Assembly (NCBI GenBank): GCA_951406725.2
Contig: OX597819.1
Location: forward strand, 96,348,001-96,412,000
DNA: 64,000 bases
Reading direction: 5' to 3'
DNA from: Octopus vulgaris
Taxonomy: Eukaryota
Each line of letters opens with the position of its first letter. Position 1 is the first letter of the stretch. A model generated the notes under the pieces. The model was not told where the DNA came from and searched no databases. It worked only from the letters and a program-made list of their open reading frames with translations. Both the position numbers and the translations under genes were made by a program. Positions 26,859-39,548 of the stretch are shown here, one piece after another.

Positions 26859-27213
26859 CTAGCAAGCCAAGCTACCCCAGACTGATGAAGAGCAATGACT
26901 CTGAAACTAGTCTCTGGATGCTGGCTTTGCTGGGTGGAGGTGCTTATCCCACCTATTTGAAAACTCAAGGGCACAGAACGCTTGAGTCACATAGCCAACT
27001 GGAAACGGTGTTTTCGGGGGCTAAATAGCAGTAGCATTCTTCCCTTTCCTGGGACTGCCACATTAAGTTGGCAACAAACCATCACTTTATCGTGATGCTA
27101 CTATATAAGTCTCTCTGAGAGATTTAGAAATGCAAAATTTTTAATTTTGTAGATCGGTGAATTTATTTCACTTGAAATTCTCTAAGTTTTCAAATGCGAA
27201 TAAGCATCGACAG
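26859..27213 (+). mobile_element. Hammerhead-containing retrozyme/pLTR monomer (~355 nt), circularly permuted
   Basis: Its 3' end (..catcgacag) is contiguous with its own 5' start (ctagcaagcc) in the minus copy. Confidence 0.75.
26877..26917 (+). ncRNA. Type I hammerhead ribozyme
   Basis: CCAGA-CTGATGA-AGAG-caatga-CTCT-GAAA-CTAG-TC-TCTGG: complete core, stems I and II, palindromic mini stem III, GUC cleavage triplet ending at 26912. Confidence 0.9.
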
Positions 27214-27895
27214 TAAAATTGAAATGTGTTTTTAAAAAAAGGAACAATAAACTGTACACGAACCTGAATTGTATAAACAGTTAAATGATACTGTTTGCGT
27301 ATGGGGCCGATAAGACATTTCATTTTTCTCATTATATCACTATATTTATATTCATTCGATTTTCGTTTTATGTACCTACAGTATTGTGTTGTCTGTCTTT
27401 GTTCGTCCCTTCTTTGTAAGAGCTATATTCTCATAAAAAAGAATTCAGCTACCAAGGCGACGCTTTTTTCATCTACGACACTGTGTTGTTTTCAGTTATT
27501 GCCTACGGTATGTGAGTTTGTTTCCTGTTCTGTTATTGTGATTTTTTGTTATATTTGTAATGAAGATTTTATTGAAATTTGAACTGTTGTCCTGTGGAAA
27601 ACTGCAATTTTCGCCCTACGGCGAAAAATGTTATAAGAGTTAAGATAACAGGAAGTTAATATACAGAGGACGACAGGGGTGGTTTTGCTGGAGAGAGAGA
27701 GAGAAAGAGCGGACAAATTGAAAGAAATGTTCGGTGAGTGTGGAGATGGAAAGAGGAGGCGAAAAGAAATTTGAGGAGGTTGGTAGAATACAATAATAGT
27801 ATAGAGATAGAAAAGAGGATTACGAAGATGAAAAATCTTATAAGAGTTAAGATAACGGGAAGTGAGTATACAGGAGGACGACAAGGCGGTTTTGC

Positions 27896-27947
<52 letters not shown>

Positions 27948-29927
27948 AAACTGAAAGAATTGTTCGGTGAACGGATCGAATTAACGGCATCGTGGTTTCG
28001 ATGTGACGAACTACCACCAGTTGTGACATTCGAAGACATTGTGCAATACATTGTCGATTGAATATAAAAGTAAGTCAAATTTGTAAAATTGAAATGTGTT
28101 TTAAAAAAAAACGAACAATATACCGTACACGAAAACGAATTGCATAAACAGTTAAATGACACTTTTTGCGTACGGGGTACAAGTAAAACATTTCATTTTT
28201 CTCATTCTATCACTATATTCATATTCATTCGATTTTCGTTTTATGTACCCCACAGTATTGTGTTGTCTGTCTTTGTTCGTCCCTTCTTCCTAAGAGCTAT
28301 ATGCTTATAATAAAGAAAAAAAAAAACCCTTTTTCGTCTACGACACGGTGTTGTCTTCAGTTGTTACCTACTCTGTTATTGCGAAATTTTGTTATATTTA
28401 AATTAAAAAATTTATTGGAATTTGAACTGTTGTCCAGTGGAAAACTGTAATTTTCGCCCTACGGCGTAGAAAATTTCTGCAAATTATTTATTGAATTGTA
28501 AATTTGTGAAGACAATTTCTGAAAATGTTTAGGTTAACCAACGAAACTATGGACACACAACCAGTCGTTAGCTATGCTACATCGGCAGGAAGGGGTGCAA
28601 ATAGCGACGTTGTAGGAAGTCAAGTTTGACGAAAGAAGACTTAAAATGCTAACGAGCTAATTGCTAAAGAAAGAAACTGCCTGAGACTGACCCCACCCCA
28701 CAAAAAATATTGGACGAAACAGCGAAAAGAACGGTTGTCTATAGAAGACTGTCTAACAGCAGCAAAAAGGTTGAATTAGCAAGCGCTGAAGAAATGGAAG
28801 AGTGCATCAAGGAGAGTGTGGAGATGGAAAGAGGTGGCGAAAAGAGGAAATGGGAGGAGGATGGTGGAATACAAGAAGAGTATAGGGATCTTTACCTTTT
28901 GACCGACATATTTAAAAAATAACTTTTTGTAACTAAACACTTTCAAACTTCGGACACTGGTAGAATATAAAACTGGTGTTATATAAAACATCTTTTACTC
29001 TTAGCATTTTTGAGAAAACGTATATTTACGAAGTTATATCACGTTAAAGTTGTCCTGTTTCGGTAATTCCAACCAATCAATGTATTCAGCTGAATAAAAA
29101 TACTGCTGTTGTTTGTCAACAACAACTATCGGTGGTGTATTTTTCGTTTGTCACTGTTATTTATGACATCGTTCGTGCGTTTGTACAGGCTTTAGGATTA
29201 GGGTGTTAGGGTTAGGGTTAGGGTTAAAATTTTAGGATTGACAAACAACAGCAGTAATTTTATTCAGTTGAATACACGTCATTGATTGGATGAAATTATG
29301 CTAAGATTGGATGAATGCTAAGAGTAAAAGATGTTTTATATGACACATTCTACCAGTGTCCGAAGTTTGAAAGTGTTTAGTTACAAAAAAGTATTTTTAA
29401 ATATGTCGGTCAAAAGGGTAAAGATCCAAGTATAGAGATAGAGAAGAGGATTACGAAGAAGAAAAATGTCATTAGAGTTAAGATAATGGGAAGTGAGTAT
29501 ACAGAGGACGACAGGGCGGTTTTGCTAGAGAAAGAGAGAGAGAGAGCGGATAAATTGAAAGTGTTGTTCGGTGAGCGGATTGAACTGTCGCAGCTGTGGT
29601 TTCAATGTGACGAGCTGCCAGCAGTTGTGACATTCGAAGACATTGTGCAATACTTTATCGATGAATATAAAAGTAAGTAAAATTGCAAAATTGAAATGAG
29701 TCTTTTTTTTTAAAAAAAAGAACAATAAACTGACACGAACCTGAATTGCATAAACAGTTCAATGACACTGCTTGCATGTGGGGTGCGAATAAAACATTTC
29801 ATTTTTCTCATTATATCACTATATTCATATTCATTCGATTTTCGTTTTATGTACTCCACTGTATTGTGTTGTCTGTCTTTGTTCATCCCTTCTTTGTAAG
29901 AGTTATATTCTTATAATAAAGAAAAAA
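27214..29927 (+). mobile_element. Head-to-tail array of three ORF1-only (HAL1-like) non-autonomous retroelements
   Basis: The same ~230-bp 3' UTR ending in an AATAAA-type signal and A-tail at ~27443, 28326 and 29927; shared 5' UTR; decayed ORF from ATG 28549 similar to ORF1 of the downstream LINE. Confidence 0.7.
28886..29427. mobile_element. Foldback MITE (GGATC termini, 8-bp TSD) with internal TTAGGG repeats
   Basis: Long TIRs over 100 bp; TSD gagtatag/aagtatag; empty site visible at ~27798; telomeric repeats ~29191-29238. Confidence 0.85.
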
Positions 29928-32360
29928 TCTAGCAATGTCACGCCTTTTTTCTTCGCGTCATTTTCATTGCCACCATTGTTATGTGAGTTCGATTCTGGAT
30001 GTTTGTGTTATGATATTTTGTTGGTTACTCTATTGTTATTTAAACTGTTGTCTGTGTGTTAACTGTAATTTTCGCCTTGCGGGACTGAAAATATTATTAA
30101 AAAACTGTGGAAAATTTTATTGAACTGTTTATTGCCCATTGCTGGGCGTTATTTAATTTAATTTGAAAATTTGTCATTGCGACAAGTGAAAATATTATGG
30201 AGCTGAACATTGAATCCACGAAGGACTTTCCTGTGATGACAGAGGATTGTGCAAGTACCAACAAGGAAAGAAGGAATAAACTGAGTTTCTCAGCCGCGGT
30301 GGGTGGTAACGAAACTGAAATAGAAGTCAAAATAGAGAAAATAGTTTTGTTTCGAAATTTGATTTTAAAAAAAGTGGAACAGTCACCAAGTTATTGCCGC
30401 TCACCAAAACTGCGGCGGAAATTAATGTTAGGACTGTAGTGTACAGAGTGTACAATCTAAAAGAAAAAAAAATAGTGGAAGCCAAGAAAGAGGTGGTTGA
30501 AAAGTGCTTGGCACCTATTTGGAATAAGATATGCTTCGTTGGCCGGGGAACACGTAGCGCGACTATCGAAGCGCAGTTCCTATCGGCCAACGTAGCAAAA
30601 AAAATATCCACGCTGCTGCCCACATACATGGGCCGTAGAACGGCAAAAATTATTGAGGAGATCCCTGCTGGATACGAAGTGCTGTGGGTGGTAGCAGCTG
30701 TAATTTATGACGTGGAGAAGGTGAATATATTATAGATATAAAAAAAGAGACGCTATCAACGGAAAAGACCAAACGCTTGAGCTGGTGGTACAAGTAGCAA
30801 ATGAAACGCTTGAAAATTTGCCAGATAGGCAAACGTGGCCCCCAAAAGTGGCGAAAGAAACAAAAACGGCAGAAAAGCCAGACACAACGGCTGAGAAATT
30901 AACTGAGAGAACGGAAAACGAAAAAAGAGAAACTAACACAAACGAAGAGATGGAATTTATCGTTGTGACTAACAAAAGAAAAAAGACTCATGTCCTAGAC
31001 TCCCCTCCCCAAACAAAGAAAACATCGAAAATTACAGTCACACATAGCCAAACTTCCCAAGCCAACCCCAATTTGCCAAACCCCTCCCCAATACACACAA
31101 AAAAGAGAAAGAATTATTTGTTTCATACAGGTGGAAGAACGAGGTGATGACCGCTATAACTGCACAACACCACAAAATGGGGGAGTACCAGAGGTACGCA
31201 GACGATAAAGGGGTATGCGAATTTTAAAAATGAAAGGAAGTTTATATAAAGGCCTGAAAGGGTGCTACCCGGAGGACATTCGTGATGTGAGTGCCAAGGT
31301 GGCTGACCGCAAGGCAATTGTTAGCCCGGCAGCCACGCCAAGGGAAAGCCCGACGGCGACACCCTCAAAAGGTCTAGCGGCCACATCAAATAAAGTGAAA
31401 GACGGCGAGGCAGGCGGACTTGCGCAGCCCTTCCCCAAATTGAAAATGTGAGTACTCTCTTTCCTTTTATTTCTCCAAAATGATTAAGTTAGGGTGCGTG
31501 GACTGGGGTCGAAATGGAAACAGGCTTGTTTCCTGGACGACCTCAGGACACGTGATATAGATGTAGCAGTTGCAAATGAGTCCAAGATGAGTGGACCTCT
31601 TCTGAATGACTATGAGAAATTTATTTCTTTTAGCTGACGAGGAGGGGAGGTTTTTTTCGAGACTTGGAGCACTTTTTAGTGATGTCTAAAATGGTAGTTC
31701 TATTAGGAGACGTTAACGCTATCCTCGATGCACGGGTAGATAGTGTTGGCTCGACTGATTGGAAGAGAAATCCTGGCCTCAAGGGTCTACTAGGGAGCTA
31801 TAATTTAGTATACCGTTACAGACTGGATGAGCCGAGCGTTCCACAGTGGAGTGGAGTAATAACGCAAATCTTAGATAGGGTATTTGTTAGAGAACAAGAT
31901 AAGGGTACTTTTAGTTGTCTACAATTTGGTAATGTACTTTACACGGATCACAAATTTGTGATATGTGAGGTACGCATAGATAAATGTCATAGACAGGACC
32001 CGGGTACTGGAAGATGAACAAGTCTATTTTGACTTGTAAAGCCTTCCGTGCCTGGATTAAGGAGTTAGTACAGAGGGCACTATGTGGCGCCATCATTAAC
32101 AATAGATGGTGGCACGCCCTCAAGAGAGCCATTCGTTTAGAGTCTATTAGATTTAACAATCAGCTAAGTTTAGAAAGATCTAGAATAGAAGGTGATTTAC
32201 TCAAGAACTTAGACGAGATCTTAGAATCTGGCTCTGCATCTAAAGTGCTGGCGGTAAGTACGGTATTGTATCGTCACCTCAAAGCCAAACACGAAGGCTG
32301 CAGAGTTAGAGCTAAGTTACGTGCAGTGAGATGAGTAGGTATTAACGTTGCTGGGTACAA
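29928..32360 (+). mobile_element. Tx1/L1-clade LINE, 5' portion (ORF1 plus endonuclease), decayed
   Basis: ORF1 pieces from 30197; ORF2 APE motifs LLGDVNAILD, ILDRVFV, YTDHKFV, MNKSIL, RWWHALK; truncated before RT. Confidence 0.8.
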
Positions 32361-35300
32361 AATAAATGGTCATTCAAAATGGATACGAAATTCATATTCA
32401 AAGAGTTGGGATTAAATATTTCTAATTTCATTAACGTAATCATAATTATTTTCTTAAGCCTTATATTATATCGTAAGACAGGGTAGCATTACCTCTATAA
32501 GAAGTATCGAAAGGAGACAGTATTTATCCATAAGAATGCCAACTCCTAAGCTATAATAGCGAACATAATGTCTGGCAGTCTGCAACAACTGTCATAGCCT
32601 GATTTAGCTCGTTAATCGAAATCATGCATAATAACAACCAATAAGGATCCTCCTTTCAAGTCTAACGTGGATAAGGCTCTACTTATTGCAGACATCTCAA
32701 TATGAATGCTCGTCTACACACACACTCACGCATTTTAAACTGGATCTCGAAGCACATATAAAGCTATAAATGAAAACATGTATACTTACAGCTTACTTCT
32801 AGATCTTGGATCCTCAACGCCGGATTTATAATCCACCTTTTCTAGTCTCATCTCAATCCTCTCTAGGGATCTGAATCCATTGACTTTTATTTGCCCCCAT
32901 ATTGTCTTAATTTGCGAGGATTTGCGTTGAATAACATTGTTGATTCCCAGTTAAATTGATTCATATCTTGATTACTTCATTCTGGCAGTTTAACTAAATA
33001 AAATGTTTTCTTTTAGAATGTAATGACAATAAGACAAAAACACCAACCTCCTGCTGCAACAGGAAAATAAAGCTGGCAATGGATTGGCTATAGATTAAGA
33101 AGATTATCGAGGCCTTGTGAGGTTTCTCCAAATAAAAGAATCTAGATAATATCGAAATGTTTGAACGAAGAAAAAAATATATATTTCAGGATACATCTAG
33201 GCTTGTGATCCGAGATCGGAAAAATCTACATTCAATAATGGTGGTATATATCTTGCAAAGGAATGATGATGACAGTAATAATAGGGATGGTGATGATAGT
33301 GATGGTGTTGGTGGTGAGGTTAGTTATAAAGTTGTCAAGAGATGATTCGTTATGTCCTCCTCATCACAGGCATTGTCAACGTTTTAATAGAGATCAGCAC
33401 ATTGCCCTTTGTTTCTCATACAGTATTTTCAAGCAGTATAGTAAGTGTCCCAAGCTTACTTCTTAATCCTGCAATATCCACTGGAACATATTACGACGAG
33501 AAAATAAGATTAGCATGCTCAGTATGAAAAACTTACACGAGAAACAATTGGAACCGCAATATTGTCTTCAATATGTAAGACGTTAGTCAATTTTCAATCG
33601 TTGAATTTAAAGTATGGTAGTCTCTCAAGTCCGAGAAATCTGGTTCTGCAATTTCTTATTGAACAACCTGTACAGATGATTTGTTTACAGTATCAAATGT
33701 TTGTGTGGCACGTTAGCTCATTCCTTCCATCAAATCTACACAGCTTACACAGGCGTACAGTGTGATTGCAGAGCAACGTAAGATGAAGTGTTTTGCTCAA
33801 GAACACAATGCGTTACCCAGTCCGGGAATCTAACTTACAGTCTCGTGAATGTAAGTGTAGACCTTGACCACTAGGCCATGCACCTTCACTTTGAAAATAT
33901 ATTGAACAATAAGACGGCCATGTCATCTGGTTATAATAAGATAAGGTGCTGGATCACTTGTTACCTTGAAGAATGAGACACCAATCCTAGAGCAGTATTA
34001 AAATCGATTTTGTAGTCAGAACGTATGAAAACATACCAAATCTTGCACCTCATTTGTCCAACTCTCCATCAAGAGGTCAACAAAAGAACCTCCACGTATT
34101 GTACCTAATCTGCAAAAAATAGCAACTAAGAAACCAAATTGATTTAAAATCGTATATGGTAGTCTTGGAAAAAACAACGTATTTGATATTGTGATTGTTA
34201 GTAATCTATTACTGAGAGAAAAATGTGATGGTCATGGCTGGAACTTCTTTCATCATTGGTTTGGTTGATCGGCGCTAAAGAGTAACAGCAGTCGTTGCAG
34301 TAGTATGAACAACAACAGCATGTCTTTATTCTCCATCTTATTAAAAAAGATTAGGAAATCTGACATGGAAAATATGAACAACAAATATGGAATGAGCACC
34401 ATTCTTTAAGTTTTGTAATGAATCGCTTTTATGGCAATAACAACGACAACAACATATTTACGAAACTTTATTGTAAACAGTGATTAGAAAAGTTGGTTAT
34501 CATGGCTGAATTTAATAAAATTTAATCAAAACTGCTCCGTCGAACGTCAGTTTAATTATTTCTCAGGTCCGTGTATGAAGTTATTTTACTTTTGTTATGA
34601 TATCGTATTGATCCGTGACCAACCCCAGACAAATTAGAACCCGCTAAAACATTAGCATCACCTTTGACATCAGAGCAGATTAAAGCTTTCTTAATGGACT
34701 CTCTTCAAAACAAAACAAACTACACATGGCTTGTCTTTGTTATATTTTACATGCTACACTTAAAAAACCACAATCAATAGTTTGCACAAAAAGAAATTGA
34801 TTATGATGCATTACTAATTATTTATTGATTAGATTGAAAGACAACATCGGACAATTCTTCGAAGTTTTGGTAGAGGAAGATGAAATGAGGCACCATATTT
34901 AACTTTCCGATGTAATCCACTTTCCTGTCTGTGAATATAATGACAATAAAACAGAATTCAATTGCAAGGATACGACTTACGTCACGTTTCAGTTATATTT
35001 TTTTTATAGAATTCAATGATGGAATCAATTTGGTGTTGGCATCTCTCATTCACGACACGAAAAATTACCAGAATTGGAGACTAGAAAAAGAAAAATTACC
35101 TGTTACTTGTACAACTTACATAACTCACGAATATCGTGTTGAGTTGCGATATTTTTACATACGGCTTGCACAAAATAGGATTTTCACGCTAACTAAATTA
35201 TCTGAATTTTGGAAAAAAAAAAGTGTGTAATGAAAGGTGAAGCTAAAAAAGACAGAGAAAAGAAAGGTAAAGACAGATGGCGGTGTATAATGAGAGGTGT

Positions 35301-35745
35301 GTATCTAGTTTAGTAATATGGTAACATTATACATTTTTGTAAGCGAGGATGAATGAGAGTGATGAGTGGTGGATAGACGAGCATATAATTATATGAATTG
35401 AGATAATGACACCGAGATAGATAAGTAGCTACATATACAAACGTACAGCATACGTGTGATGCTCATTCACACACCCACCCCGTATATATGTGTGTATATA
35501 TGCATGTATGAATGTATGTATGTATGTATGTATGTATGTATATATGTATGTACGTATGCATGTATGTGTGTGTGTATCTCTCTCTCTGTCTCCCCCTCTC
35601 TCTGTCTCTCTGTCTCTCTCTCTATCTGTCTGTCTGTCTCTCTCTTTATATATATATGTATATATATATAACAGTTTATTTATGTACATATACACACATA
35701 TTTATGTGTTTGTGTGTGTATGCATGTATATATGTATATATATCT

Positions 35746-35808
<63 letters not shown>

Positions 35809-37634
35809 CATATATATATGTATACACACACACACACATATATACAGATCGAGAGTAAAGAAAAGGAGACTGAGATTAACGGTTAATAATTTGTAGTTTA
35901 GTCTAGGTCAGTCGAGGTTCAACAAACCCAAGATCAGGGACGTTCCTTTGTGACCATCCCAATAGTGATATATCAAGGCGCTGGCTAGGCATGCCTTGTG
36001 GTTTAAGAAGTTTGCTTTGCAACTGCATTGTTCCGGGTTTTAGACAAGTTTTTTTCTACCATAGATTCGGATCGACCCGAGACAGAAATCCTATGGAAAG
36101 CTGGTGGACTAAACGTTGTGTTGGCTGGTAGACTTAATAAATATTTAGTGGAGTCCACCCTGTCTTAAGCATTTGGGCGAGATTTCCAACATACGAATTA
36201 CTCCCTCACAACCTCTCATCAGATTCGGATACCTTGAGGGAGGTGGTGGTGGTTGCCTTTCTTCCTTTGAAGAAAATGGCATCAATAAAATGGACGATGG
36301 CTATAAAATGCACCGCCCTCTGTATATGATCAGCAATCCTATAGAGAAGTGATTCTCATAGGATGGTGGGTGGTTGTGAGGATTGTGTTTGTATGTTCAT
36401 ATTTATATATAAATATTCCTGTCTATTATAGCTTTGTTTTGGATTTGATATTCGGTATTCGAATGACAAAAGAAAAAAAATACAATAAAATGCCAACTCT
36501 TGGATGTTCTTCGCAGTGTATTTTACAACATGAGACAAAAACAAAACTAACATCTCGATCCGACTATATCCTGTGTAATACACAACTTTATCCTCACCAA
36601 TATCTGTATTATACTCTGATCACTATATAATCCGTTCTCTATGGAACTAACCAGTTATTCCGTACCATGGAAATGGCACTAACTCGTATGTTATAGTATT
36701 AAGTAAACATCTTGACATCTTTAGGTCAGAATTGATGGAGGGGATGGATGGAGAACAGAATAATTATCCTAACATCCAACATTTCAACAAGTCAAACAAT
36801 TAGTTTTGTTTACTGATAAAGAGCAATTTAAATATTTATTTTATAACATCAACTGTTCAAAACTCTCTAAACAAACAACTATGAGTTACCGGAATAAAAT
36901 TGGCCATGTTATTGTCCATCAGAAGTTATAGGTTTGTCTTGTCTAGCTGATGAAATTAATTTTACACAGCGACCAACTCATTTGATAACGTATCAACACA
37001 ACGTGTCTTGGAAAAAGAGAAAAATGTCGATTTAAGATCGTTCTAGCTGATAAGTTCAGAAAACATTTATCTTCAACACTGAACTAATTATAGTAAACTA
37101 AAAAAACAATTTCAGCTAAAGAGACTTAAATTTGTTTTAGTTAATCTCACTTGATAATTTATTTCATTTTATGTCTGCGATGTGAATTCTTTATTGCTGT
37201 TTGGACAGCTTATATTATGTTCGCCAACCTCTCTGTTTCTCGGGAATCTTCCAGTATTTTCATGATTTATATTAGGAGAAACAATTCCTTTTTAAAACAA
37301 ACATGACCAAATATTTGATAAGTTGAATAAAGTGAAAACAATTTCATCGTTTTGTTTCGGTGGTAGCGCTAACTGTGTCTGTTGTTGACATTGATTCATG
37401 ACAAAATGAACAATGTGAAATCAAATTTGGTCAACATTGTGGTAGAATCGACTTGCTTGCTTAAATCTCCACCCAATAACATTTTTAACGCATTCTTAAT
37501 ACTGAACAGGGTTATTGCTTTAATATATTCTAATGAAAACTGTACACAATACTGACTGTACTTTGGCACCAAACACTGAATTAAAATATACGTACAAAAG
37601 TGATAATAAAAAGAAAATTATTTGAGGTTTATAT

Positions 37635-37850
37635 TTAATCCTTTATCATTTAAACCAGCAATATCAGGCCCAAAGATTCTACATGTTTAAACTTGCCAAA
37701 TCCAGCCCTTCACACCTATTCCACAAAACCATTCTAGAAATAAACAATCACTTTATTGAAATCTCAAAGCTTGAAGATAATGCATGATTAGTTTAAAACA
37801 AAGTGAATAAATAAGCATTGCATTTGGCTAAATAAATGTAAAAAGTTTTG
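37635..37850. mobile_element. Possible piggyBac-like MITE, decayed
   Basis: Begins TTAATCCTTTATCATT and ends ..aatgtaaaaagttt; weak TIRs. Confidence 0.35.
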
Positions 37851-37864
37851 TGTGTGTGTGTGTA

Positions 37865-37953
<89 letters not shown>

Positions 37954-38049
37954 ATGCGTGCGTGTATAGTAATTACAGCTTGAATTCTATGAGACATACA
38001 CTCGTACAAAGTTTGAATTGTTTCAAAAGGAATTTTTATTCATTCTTCA

Positions 38050-39143
38050 GCTAAAACAGTCTCCAGTTCTTGTAGTGCCGATGGTTGAGGATATCAACAC
38101 CTTACTTGTTTTTCTAAAATGCACCATAAATGTTCAATAATATTAAGATCTTGGGACTGTGGTGGCCAGATAAGATGTCCAACTTCATTAGAATGTTCCT
38201 CGTGCCATTCAATAACAACTTTAGCTATGTGAATTGGTGCATTATCATCCTGAAAGATTGTTTTTCCCTCCGGAAACAGTTCCGCAACCATAGGATGAAT
38301 TTGATCTGATAAAATGCTTAAATAGTCTTGACTATTAATTCTGCCGTGAAGGCAAAACCATTGGGCTGGCGGATTTCCAAGATATAGCCCCCCAGATCAT
38401 CACAGATCCTCCTCTGTGTTAAACATTTGGAAGAAGGCAGTCTGGGTCAAATGTTTCTTTTGGCTGTCTCCACATGTATACTCGGCCGATGGTCGGAAAT
38501 AAGGTAAAAAATGACTCTTCGAGAAAATAACATTCTTCCACTGCTCTAGGGACCGATTCTATTGGTTTTTACTCCACTCTAAACTCTGTGCAACGTTTGT
38601 TTTTGAAAGTAGGGGTTTTCTGATTGCAGCCCTCCCGTGAAATCCTGCTTTGTGCAGCTCCCGGCGAACAGTTTTTGTGGAAACTGGGTTCTCAAGGTGC
38701 TCATTAAGCTCTGCAGTAATTTTGGGAGCTGTACTTTTGTGATCCTTTCTAACAATTCGCGTAAGAGAAAGTTTTGGTTTTCTTTCAGAGTTTTGCTTTG
38801 ACGAAGAGGTTTTCTCCTCTTTCTCAAAGGCTGTCATTACTTTCGAGACAGTACTCCTTGATTCACCAAATATTTCATCTTTTTTCGTTACGCTAGCGTC
38901 TGCCATACGAGTACCAACAGTTTGAACTCTTTGAAAGTTCGATAGATCTGTCATTTTAATGAATTTTAATTACCTTTTTCTGCTGATATCTGAAAAGAAA
39001 CAGCAATTTTAGCGCGAAACATATTAAGTAACATTAATAATAAATAAAAAAAAAACCCATAAAAATAAACAAGCTTTTGACGGTTTTATAGATATCTCAA
39101 AATTATGATGGTAGGTGTTTCCATTATTTTGTCCAACTCCGGT
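38050..39143 (-). mobile_element. Tc1 (DD34E) transposon, decayed, 3'-truncated
   Basis: HTH region STVSKV, TVRRELHKAGFHGRAAIRKPLL, IFQDDNAPIH, WPPQSQDLNIIEHLW; 5' TIR TA|CCGGAGTTGGACAAAATAATGGAAACACC. Confidence 0.9.
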
Positions 39144-39157
39144 ATATAATATATAAT

Positions 39158-39269
<112 letters not shown>

Positions 39270-39470
39270 ATACATGCTTATTCGCGTTGGTGGGATGTTA
39301 TACTTGGTTGGTGATCAGCCTTTGCTTATTAGCTGTTATTTTTCTACCTTTACATTGGCTAATTTTGATGAGGAGGTAGTTCTTTTTCATTTATATTTAT
39401 TAAGCTAGTTAAGGCTTTCCTCACAACCGGTCAGCAAACGTGTAACGACTCTCACATTCAATCATACATT

Positions 39471-39548
<78 letters not shown>

